A stretch of 64,000 nucleotides of DNA from Planctomycetota bacterium (GTDB lineage Bacteria; Planctomycetota; GCA-002687715; CAIWVZ01). The DNA is taken from positions 192,001 to 256,000 of the forward strand of contig JBGANV010000001.1 in assembly GCA_044222185.1 (NCBI GenBank), in the 5' to 3' direction. The position numbers and the translations under genes are program-made. The notes under the pieces were generated by a model. It was not told the DNA's origin and did no database searches. It worked only from the letters and a program-made list of their open reading frames with translations. Below are positions 9,221 to 17,244 of this stretch, piece after piece (position 1 is the stretch's first letter; each line of letters opens with the position of its first letter).

Positions 9221-11005
9221 TCACCGCAGTTCGAGTTCGAGAGTCTGCTTCAGCTCCTGCGGTGGCAGGCAGGACCGCGCGTCGCAGACGATGGCGGTCA
9301 CGGTCACGTCGATCGCCTGCTTGCCCGCGACGGCCTCCGGGCGCCTGCGAAAGTCCTGGCGGAACGTCACGGTCCCCGAGAATTGCGCCTCGTCACCTTC
9401 CGCGGTCTTGTGGGTCGTCGTGGGGGCGGGGACGACGAGCTTGCCGGCGGCCAGGAGGTCTCGGCCCGGTCCGATCACGACCTCCATCGGGTACCCCGCC
9501 GTCGTCGACGGCGAGTATCCGTGCCAGCCCTCGTCGAACGTGACGTCGATGCGGACCGTGACCACCCCCTTGGCCGCGTCGGTCGTCGCCCGGGTGCGCA
9601 CGTCGACGTGTTTTCCGTGGGTCGTCGATTCGGTCGATGTGGCCTTTGCCGGGGCGGGATCGGCTCCGTGGCCCGTGGAGGGCTGCGTGTTCACGAACCA
9701 CCGGTAGCCACCGAAGTCGCTGAAGTACAGGCGCGAGCGGTTGGCATCGAACCAGGTTCGCAGGGCGGCGGCGCCGTTCGAGGGTGCCTCGGGCGCGTAG
9801 CGCGCAAGGAGCCGTTGGGCGAGTGCATCGCTCGGGTCCTTCTCCAAACGCGCAACGATCTGCGCGAAGAACTCCGGTTTGCGGTTGGAGCCACCGAGCG
9901 CCACGACGTCCTCGTCGACGACGTGGACGTTGCGGTCGCCCGAGCCCTTCGTCGCATGCACGGCCTCCATGTGATCGAGGAACCACCGCTTCAGATTCGG
10001 GTAACTCCCCGAGGCGTGCTCGACGGTCGCGGCGCCGAAGTACCTCGTCGCGGACTTGGCGTCGAACGTCGCGACGGCGGTCTCGCTACCGAGGATCGCC
10101 GGAGTCTTGTCGTTCATCTGGGAGGCGACCCACAGCTCCACGATCACCCACTCGCGCGGACTCGCGACCTTCTTCTGGATCGGGTGCTGCCCGTCGAATT
10201 GCCTCATCCAGCAGATGGCGTTCGTCAGCACGTCCTTCGCCGATTCGGTCATGATCTGGGGTGAGCACGCGAATCCCCAAAGGAAGTAGTTGGCCTGACG
10301 ACCGAGGGCGAGGGAGTCGGGGCCCTTGGAGTTGATCCCGCTGGAAATCCACTCGCAGTCCGGCGAGTCCTCGAAGCCGAATCCGTCCGAGACCATTCCC
10401 ACGTTGTCCAGGGGGCGTCGCGAGTCGGATCCCTTGGAGTCCGTCGCGGGTCTGGGCGGCTGCTCGAAGACCTTCCAGGCACGGAGGGATGGGGGCACTG
10501 CGCGCGGCGCGTAGTGGGAGTAGTGCTCGGGGACCGAGAGGTCCTCGAGCGTGATGGCGGCCTTGAGAGGTGTGTTGAAGATCGGGTGGTCGAGGCGCAT
10601 CCCGTGCGCCATCTCATCGAGGCACAGTCAAAGCCAGCCGATCTTGCTCGACTTGTCTGCGGCCTTTCCCGCGGATGCGATCAGCACGGTCGGGCGTGAC
10701 CAGGACTCCGGGAAGCTGATGCTCTTGGTGCAGCCACTCATCTTCAGCCGGTTGCCAGGCGCCTCTTCCACGGTGCCGTCCGCGACGATGACGTCGAAGC
10801 CGGCCCCATTCGATTTCAGGAGTTCCTCCGGGGTCGTCGTGCCCACCTTCTCGAAGCGGCCTCGGAGGAAGTCCACGTAGGCCTTCTCGCGTGGCGTCCC
10901 GGGCTCTCCGGCATAGAGCACGGAAACCGGGTGGCGCGGCGGAGGTGCGGGGGAATCCTGCGGCGCGAGCGCCAGCAGGGGGAGGAGGGAGAGAGTGGCG
11001 AGCAC
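9221..11005 (-). CDS. Candidate exported selenoprotein (UxC motif) with C-terminal DsbD N-terminal-like domain; 594 aa if TGA at 10628-10630 is read as Sec
   Basis: ORFs 10628-11005 and 9221-10612 are in the same frame, separated by TGA + CTG TGC CTC GAT GAG; signal peptide only in the upstream part; C-terminal GWHGYS and CDARSCLPP motifs; hairpin just after the TGA. Confidence 0.7.
10592..10630 (-). promoter_or_regulatory. Putative bacterial SECIS element
   Basis: mRNA UGA, then 23 nt to the apical loop: GA-U(bulge)-GGCGCA-[CGGGA]-UGCGCC-UC; G at second loop position. Confidence 0.6.
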
Positions 11006-11080
11006 GGGAACCCCTTTCGTCGGCGGACAGGCGGCGTCCGCGGCGGATCTTAGTCCGGAAAGGGGGCGCTGGGGCGCGGC

Positions 11081-11218
11081 TCAGCCCTTCGGGGTCGTCT
11101 GGCGGCCGATTCGGCGGTGGCGCTTGATCACCTTCTTTCCGCCTTTCGTCTTCATGCGGGTCCGGAAGCCGACCTTCTTGAGCCACTTCTGCTTGCTGCG
11201 ACGGGTGTTGATTTTCAT
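11081..11218 (-). CDS. rpmH: 50S ribosomal protein L34 (bL34)
   Basis: 45-aa basic peptide MKINTRRSKQKWLKKVGFRTRMKTKGGKKVIKRHRRIGR with the L34 GFRxRMxTxxG signature. Confidence 0.85.
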   Translation of the reverse strand: MKINTRRSKQKWLKKVGFRTRMKTKGGKKVIKRHRRIGRQTTPKG

Positions 11219-11286
11219 CGGTTTGCTCGGGTCGGGTGGGGGGATTGGCGGGCGATGGCCGCGATCTCCGACCCGAAAGAGGCGGC

Positions 11287-11316
11287 TTAATAGCAGCGAC
11301 CGAACGACAGGGTCAA
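11287..11316 (-). promoter_or_regulatory. Putative sigma70 promoter of rpmH
   Basis: Minus strand TTGACC-18 nt-TATTAA with TGn extended -10, in an otherwise very GC-rich spacer. Confidence 0.5.
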
Positions 11317-11547
11317 GCTTCGAGCCGCCCTCTTCCCGCGCTTCGGGGGGTGGCGGGGGGGGCGCGACTCGCGCGCGGCGGCAGGGTGCGCGGCGGCTCG
11401 CTCTCGCGCGACGCCGTCGTCCGTGCCCGCGGCGCCGCGGCGAAACGCCGGGAAACATGGCTTGACCTCGGGGTGGGGGCGGCGGGTAGGGTCTTGTTAC
11501 CCCGCCTTCCGACCTGCGTCCTGCATCGCGGAGGGCTCGACCCAGTG

Positions 11548-12117
11548 ATGGAGTGGCAAACATCCGAAACCGGTGATCCGCTCGTGGAGTCGCGGCAGGT
11601 TCACCAGCCGTCCGCCGAGGAAGCCCTCGTCGCACTGGCACCCGAGGTCGTCAACTTCCTCGAACATCACGTGGGCGATCCGGTCCTCGCGGCCGACATC
11701 GCCCAGGACACGCTCGCCCAGGCCTTTCAACTGCTTGGGACGCTGCGCGACATCCGGGCCCTGCGGGCGTGGGTGTTCCGCATCGCCGTCAACCGGTTCA
11801 ACGACCATCTGCGGCGCGTTCGGCGCGCACCTGCGGTCGAGGAACTCCAGGACGTCGTGGAGCGCCCCGATCACGACCGCCCCGAGCACTCGGTCATGCG
11901 GCGCGAATTGGACGACGTGATCCGGAGCTCCGTCGCACAACTCCCGGAGCGCCAACGGACGGTGTTCCTCCTCCACGACGCGAAGGGCATGTCCCACCCG
12001 GAGATTGCGGCTCTTCTCAACATCACTACCGATGCGGTGAAGACGAGCCTGTTCCACGCGCGCGAGAAGCTGCGCGAGCGACTGAACCGTTACCTCGGCC
12101 GACGCGGAAACGACTGA
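11548..12117 (+). CDS. ECF RNA polymerase sigma-70 factor
   Basis: Region 2 AADIAQDT..WVFRIAVN..DHLRR; region 4 LPERQRTVFLL..GMSHPEIA..VKTSLFHAREKL; start chosen at ATG 11548. Confidence 0.9.
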   Translation: MEWQTSETGDPLVESRQVHQPSAEEALVALAPEVVNFLEHHVGDPVLAADIAQDTLAQAFQLLGTLRDIRALRAWVFRIAVNRFNDHLRRVRRAPAVEELQDVVERPDHDRPEHSVMRRELDDVIRSSVAQLPERQRTVFLLHDAKGMSHPEIAALLNITTDAVKTSLFHAREKLRERLNRYLGRRGND

Positions 12118-12126
12118 GCGTCAACG

Positions 12127-13773
12127 ATGAAGGAACCCTGCCCACCGAAGACCCTCTTGCACGAGTACGTCGACGCTGCCCTCGACGGCCCGCGCCGCAG
12201 CGACTTCGAGGCGCACCTCATTCGATGCTCCGAGTGCCGCGACGCAGTTCGGCTCCTCCGCCGCATCTTCACCTTCGCGCGCGCCGTCGAGCACAGGCCT
12301 GTCCTCGACGTCTCGGCCATCGTCGCACGGGCCCGGGAGCAGGCCGCGCCGGAGATCGTGCGGCAGGCCGTCCCCGCGCCTTCGCGCTTCGGGCTCCTGC
12401 GGAGGGTCGCGCCCGTGTTGGCCGTCGCATCGTTGCTCATGGTCGTCGGCGTTGCGTCCTGGACTGCCGGCGAACATTCGATCCGTGACGGAGCTCCTGA
12501 GACGTCGCCTGCGCCCGTCGAGGCCCGACCCGTAGCCTGGACGTGGCCACCGTCCACGCTTCCGCTGGCCGAGCAGGTCCAGCGCGTCTTCGACGGCTCC
12601 GGTGCGCGCCAGGTCGCGATCCAACGCGCCGAGGAACTGCTTCGCCGGCGTCCATTCTCCGACCCGGAGCTCGTGAGCGGCTTGATGATCCTGGCTCAGC
12701 TCGGCGGGCCGGAGGCCCAGCCGTCGGTCACCCGGATCGTTCGCGCCCGCGAACTCACGCCAGAACCCTCCGCGAGCGCACTGGCGGCCACGCGGCACCC
12801 GCGGGTCGCCGCAACCATCGCCGAGCTCCTGCGCGAATCGCCGAGCGGGCTGCGGCAGCAACTCCTGGCGTCGGTGCCGGGCGAGGATGCGACGCGCTTC
12901 CTGCTCGACGAGTGGATCCGCGTGGGCCTCATCGACGGCCTGGAGCCGACGTTCCTCGAGCGAGAAGGCCTGATCACGCTGGCACGCCGCCGGGCCGTGG
13001 TCGCCTCGCGCGAAACCCGGATCCGGCTCTGGACTCTCGTGGGGCGGCTCGGCGGAGACGATGCCGTCGGCGCCCTCGAGAACGTCTGGCGGGAAGGCGG
13101 GACTCCGTCGGAGGTGATCGAGAGCCTCGCGGTGATCGGTTCGACCAAGGCCTTCGAGGCGCTCGCGCGGCGGCTGCCGAAGGTCGACGACATCGAAGAA
13201 TGGCCGCTGGATCCGGAGGTCGAGCTGATCGAGGGCGCCCTGCGCCAGCACGCGACCGTCGCCGGGCCGTGGCTCGCGCACGTCATGCGCGGGCTCGACA
13301 GCGTGTCGGACCGTCGCCGTCTGTTGATCGCCGCCGGCCTCACCCGCAGCCCGCGGGTGCTTCCAGAACTGCGGCGCGCGCTCGGCCGGTCTCAAGACCG
13401 TCGTGCCGCGATCCTGGCTCTCGCCCTCGCGGAGGACGGGGACAGCGTCCCGCACCTCGAGGCTCTCACGATGATGGAGGATCTGGGTACCCGCCGCCGT
13501 GCCGTCCGCGCGCTCGGCGCGATCGGGACCGACGACGCCGTGAAGGCCCTGGCGGGCCTGCTGCCGAAGGATCGAGAGCGGCGTCTCGTCGTCGACCTCC
13601 TGGCGAAGAGCCAGAAACCTGCCGCGACGATCGGATTGATCGACGGCCTGCGCTTCGAAGACACCCGGGAGCGCGCCGTTGCCGCCCTCAAGCTGCGAGC
13701 CGGGCCCGACGCGCCCGCGACCGCGAGTCCGGCGGCCTGGTACGCCTATTTCCGCCGATCGCCGGGGGAATGA
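12127..13773 (+). CDS. Zinc-binding anti-sigma factor (zf-HC2) with TM helix and HEAT repeats
   Basis: HLIRCSEC (HxxxCxxC); TM helix VAPVLAVASLLMVVGVASW; HEAT-like repeats (RRAVRALGAIG); directly after the ECF sigma. Confidence 0.85.
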   Translation: MKEPCPPKTLLHEYVDAALDGPRRSDFEAHLIRCSECRDAVRLLRRIFTFARAVEHRPVLDVSAIVARAREQAAPEIVRQAVPAPSRFGLLRRVAPVLAVASLLMVVGVASWTAGEHSIRDGAPETSPAPVEARPVAWTWPPSTLPLAEQVQRVFDGSGARQVAIQRAEELLRRRPFSDPELVSGLMILAQLGGPEAQPSVTRIVRARELTPEPSASALAATRHPRVAATIAELLRESPSGLRQQLLASVPGEDATRFLLDEWIRVGLIDGLEPTFLEREGLITLARRRAVVASRETRIRLWTLVGRLGGDDAVGALENVWREGGTPSEVIESLAVIGSTKAFEALARRLPKVDDIEEWPLDPEVELIEGALRQHATVAGPWLAHVMRGLDSVSDRRRLLIAAGLTRSPRVLPELRRALGRSQDRRAAILALALAEDGDSVPHLEALTMMEDLGTRRRAVRALGAIGTDDAVKALAGLLPKDRERRLVVDLLAKSQKPAATIGLIDGLRFEDTRERAVAALKLRAGPDAPATASPAAWYAYFRRSPGE

Positions 13774-13878
13774 GGGCCAGCCTCCGCGGCGCGGCGCACG
13801 GGCCGGCCGCTTCCGTCGCCCTCGCCTCGTCCGCCCTGCCACTCGGCCTGACGGAGCAACCCGGTATGCTTGTCCGTC

Positions 13879-15096
13879 ATGAGAGGCATGATGTCGAGCA
13901 AGGTGATGCTGTTGGTGGCCCTCATTCCGGCCTGCGTCCGGGCACAGGCGGAGGCTGACGCCGCCTCCCGACCCCAGACCTCCGCGACGCGCCCCGCGGA
14001 CGGCGCGCCCGGTACGGCCGCGGGCGGCTGGAGGCAATGGCGCGGTGACCCGCTGAATTCGGCTTTCTCCCGCGGGAAGGCGCCCGAGTTCAAGGGGATC
14101 AAGTGGCGCTTCATCGCCGACAGCGAGATCGTGAACTCGCCCGTCTACGCGGACGGCGTGGTCTACGTGGGATCGCGTGGTGGGATGCTGCACGCCATCG
14201 ACGCGGCGGCTGGAAAGCGCGTCTGGAGCGTCCGGCACATCCCGGCGGTCGAAGGAGCCCAAACGCCCGGGTTCACCTTCAGTGCCCCACTCGTCTTCGA
14301 GGACCGGATCTGCATCGGCGCCGAGGACGGTAACGTCCACTGCGTGGCGCGCAGCGACGGACACTCGCTGTGGAAGGTCAGCCTCGGAGGCGAGGGCGAC
14401 ACCGCCAGAGTGTGGTCATCGCCGAAGACGGACGGCAAGCTCGTCTTCGTCGGATCGCTCTCCGGCTACGTCTATGCGATCGACCCGATGAAGGGCGACG
14501 TGCGATGGAAGGTGGCTCTCGGTGATTCGATCGCCGGCAGCCTCGCGATCGTGGGCGGGAAGCAGGGCATCGTTCCGGGGAAGGACAAGCGCCTTCACGT
14601 GATCGATCTGGAGAAGGGCGTCGAATCGTGGCGATGTGACGTCCCCGGGTGGTCCATGGCGGCGCCGTCGGTCGCCCTCGGCTACGCATTCATGCAGACG
14701 CGCGGCAACCATTTCATCGCCGTCGACCTCGTGGCGCGGAAGGTCGCGTGGGACTACGACGAGATGCCATCGAACACGTACTTCCAGCCTTCGCCGTGCT
14801 GCGACGGCGACCGTTGCTACGTGACGAACGGCGCGAACGTGGTCGCCATCGACACGCAAACCGGTGCGCGAGCCTGGATCTTCAAGGGGCGCGGCCCCTA
14901 CGATTGTTCGCCGACCATGGTCGGGGACTTCATCGTGTTCGGAGGGAACGATCAGGCTCTGACGGCATTGGACAAGAAGACCGGTGACGTCGCGAAGCAG
15001 GTGTTCCTGGGGGAGAAGATCCTCTCCACACCCTGCATCGTCGACGGCATCGCGTACGTGGCCGGGAACTCGGGCACCGTGTTCGCGGTGGAGTGA
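13879..15096 (+). CDS. PQQ-like beta-propeller repeat protein (BamB-like), exported
   Basis: Signal peptide; WRQWRG motif; repeated SSP..dG.vyvGs..G.lyAiD..tG...W blades; start uncertain (13870/13879/13888). Confidence 0.85.
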   Translation: MRGMMSSKVMLLVALIPACVRAQAEADAASRPQTSATRPADGAPGTAAGGWRQWRGDPLNSAFSRGKAPEFKGIKWRFIADSEIVNSPVYADGVVYVGSRGGMLHAIDAAAGKRVWSVRHIPAVEGAQTPGFTFSAPLVFEDRICIGAEDGNVHCVARSDGHSLWKVSLGGEGDTARVWSSPKTDGKLVFVGSLSGYVYAIDPMKGDVRWKVALGDSIAGSLAIVGGKQGIVPGKDKRLHVIDLEKGVESWRCDVPGWSMAAPSVALGYAFMQTRGNHFIAVDLVARKVAWDYDEMPSNTYFQPSPCCDGDRCYVTNGANVVAIDTQTGARAWIFKGRGPYDCSPTMVGDFIVFGGNDQALTALDKKTGDVAKQVFLGEKILSTPCIVDGIAYVAGNSGTVFAVE

Positions 15097-15105
15097 GACC
15101 GGCTC

Positions 15106-15414
15106 ATGACGATCGGTGCTCGTTCGCGCGGAATCGATGAGATCGCGGTGCAGTTCCTCGTTTTCGGACGGGTCCAAGGCGTCGGCTTCCGGGAATCGAC
15201 GCTCCGCCAGGCGCTGGCCATCGGAGAAGTGCGTGGATTCGTGAGAAACCGGCGGGATGGCACCGTCGAGGTCCAGGCGGTCGGACCCGCCGATTGCCTC
15301 GCGAGGCTCAGGGCCTTTCTCGCCGTGGGGCCCCCGATCGCACGCGTCGACCGGCTGTTCGAGGAGCCGCTGGCCGACCCGCCCGCCGAAAACACCTTCC
15401 GCATCATGCGCTGA
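15106..15414 (+). CDS. acyP: Acylphosphatase
   Basis: GRVQGVGFR and GFVRNRRDGTVEV...G motifs with catalytic Arg/Asn; GPPIARV. Confidence 0.9.
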   Translation: MTIGARSRGIDEIAVQFLVFGRVQGVGFRESTLRQALAIGEVRGFVRNRRDGTVEVQAVGPADCLARLRAFLAVGPPIARVDRLFEEPLADPPAENTFRIMR

Positions 15415-15540
15415 GGTCGACCTGCAAGAGGGCCGGATGGAGCGTTGATCGTCACCAGTTGCGCAATAGATTGCTTCACTTTTCGCGGGGCAGATCCCAT
15501 GGGAATCGCCTCGCGTCGTCGGAGAGCTCGAGTGGAAAAC

Positions 15541-16482
15541 ATGATTGAGGTGCGGGACCTGTGGAAGAGCTACGGCTCGTTCCATGCCCTGCTCGGAATC
15601 TCCTTCAACGTCCGACGTGGGGAGATCTTGGGATTCCTGGGGCCGAACGGTGCTGGCAAGTCGACGGCCATGAAGATCCTCACGGGGTTCATGTATCCGT
15701 CACGAGGCACCGTGACCGTGGGCGGCCTGGACGTCGTGGAGAAGTCCATCGAGACCCGCCGTCTCATCGGCTATCTGCCGGAGCACACCCCGCTCTATCC
15801 GGACATGTCCGTCCGCGAGTACCTGCGTTTTTGCGCGCAGCTTCGGGGCATGCCGTCCGCGCGGGCCCGTTCCCGCATCGACGAGGTCGTCCAGCTGACG
15901 ACGCTCACGCCCAAGTGGAAGGCGGGGATCAAGACGCTCAGCAAGGGGTACCGGCAGCGCGTCGGCATCGCCCAGGCGCTCCTGCACGAGCCGGACGTGC
16001 TGATCCTGGACGAGCCCACCGTCGGGCTCGACCCCAACCAGGTGGTCCCGGTTCGCCAGATCATTCGGGACGTCGGGCGCGATCGCACGGTCATCCTGTG
16101 CAGCCACATCCTCTCCGAGGTCGAGGCCGTCTGCGGGCGCGTCGTCATCATCAACGAGGGCACGATCGTCGGTGACGGAACGCCGCGCGAACTCGCCGAG
16201 AAGCTCTCGAGCAGTCGCATCTTCGAGGTCCGCGGCAAGGGCGATGCGGAGGCTGCGCGCGCTGCGCTCGCAAGCGTGCCGGGCGTCGTGTCCGTCGACA
16301 TGCTCCCCACGGGCGGCGATGCCGTCGCCGCGCGCGTCACGGTGGATGCGGGTGCGCAGCCCGGCCGTGACATCGCCCGTGCGTTCGACCAGAGGGACGT
16401 CGCGCTGACCGAGATCGCGTCGCGATCCGCCGGGCTCGAAGACGTCTTCCGCCAACTGACCGCCAGCACCGGAGTCCACTGA
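15541..16482 (+). CDS. ABC transporter ATP-binding protein (GldA-like)
   Basis: GPNGAGKS, LSKGYRQRVGIAQAL, ILDEPTVGLDPNQ, SHILSEV. Confidence 0.9.
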   Translation: MIEVRDLWKSYGSFHALLGISFNVRRGEILGFLGPNGAGKSTAMKILTGFMYPSRGTVTVGGLDVVEKSIETRRLIGYLPEHTPLYPDMSVREYLRFCAQLRGMPSARARSRIDEVVQLTTLTPKWKAGIKTLSKGYRQRVGIAQALLHEPDVLILDEPTVGLDPNQVVPVRQIIRDVGRDRTVILCSHILSEVEAVCGRVVIINEGTIVGDGTPRELAEKLSSSRIFEVRGKGDAEAARAALASVPGVVSVDMLPTGGDAVAARVTVDAGAQPGRDIARAFDQRDVALTEIASRSAGLEDVFRQLTASTGVH

Positions 16483-17234
16483 TGGGCACCACGACTGCGA
16501 TCTTCTGGAAAGAGTTCCGCGGCTTCATCAATGCGCCGCTGGCCTACATCTTCCTCACGCTCTTCCTGATCTTCCTTGGCTTCCTGTACTTCTACGGCAG
16601 CCTCACGGGGCAGGGGTTCACGAGCCTCCAGGTCAAGGAGGCGAGCCTCGAGCCGTTCTTCATGAACCTTCCGTGGGCGTTCGTGATCATCGTGCCCGCG
16701 CTGGCGATGAAGCTGTGGCCGGACGAGCTGAAGCTCGGAACCATCGAACTGTTGATGTCGTACCCGGTGCGTCCTGCGCAGGTGGTGTTCGGCAAGTTCC
16801 TCGCGGGATCGTTGCTGATCTTCGTCGCTCTCGCGCTGACCCTCGTGACGCCGTTGACCGTGTCCTCGTACGCGTTGCACGCGGGCGGACTCGACTGGGG
16901 GCCAGTCTGGGGTTCGTATGCGGCGGCCATGCTTCTCGGGGCGGCATTCCTTTCCGTCGGACTCTTCGCCGGCGCACTCTGCCGCGAGCAGGTGACGGCG
17001 TTCATCGTCGCGCTCTTCATCTGCGGCGTGCTCGTGCTGGTCGGCCAGCAGCAGGTCCTCCTGAAGCTCGGCGGGACCTTCGCGGACATCGCCCAACTGG
17101 TCTCGTTCCAGACGCGATTCGAAAGCATGGCTCGCGGGGTGATCGAGCTTCGGGACGTGATCTACTACGGAAGCTTCACTGGCTTGTTCCTCGGCCTGAA
17201 CGTCGTTGTGCTCGAGTGCCGCAAGGCCAAGTGA
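16482..17234 (+). CDS. ABC-2 type permease (GldF-like)
   Basis: KEFRGFINAPLAY, PALAMKLW.DE..GTIELL, GKFLA; about six TM helices. Confidence 0.85.
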   Translation: MGTTTAIFWKEFRGFINAPLAYIFLTLFLIFLGFLYFYGSLTGQGFTSLQVKEASLEPFFMNLPWAFVIIVPALAMKLWPDELKLGTIELLMSYPVRPAQVVFGKFLAGSLLIFVALALTLVTPLTVSSYALHAGGLDWGPVWGSYAAAMLLGAAFLSVGLFAGALCREQVTAFIVALFICGVLVLVGQQQVLLKLGGTFADIAQLVSFQTRFESMARGVIELRDVIYYGSFTGLFLGLNVVVLECRKAK

Positions 17235-17244
17235 GGACGCATCC

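Noticed and set aside
9221-10612. Treating 9221-10612 and 10628-11005 as two independent genes
   Set aside because: Same frame, single TGA next to a Cys, SECIS-like hairpin, and only one signal peptide; read-through (or a single nonsense mutation) fits better.
11462-11492. TTGACC...TAGGGT as promoter of the ECF gene
   Set aside because: 19-nt spacer and weak -10; not supportable from sequence alone.
11081-11641. 186-aa minus-strand ORF
   Set aside because: Only the last 45 codons are L34; the rest is Arg/Pro-rich non-coding sequence overlapping the promoter and the ECF gene.
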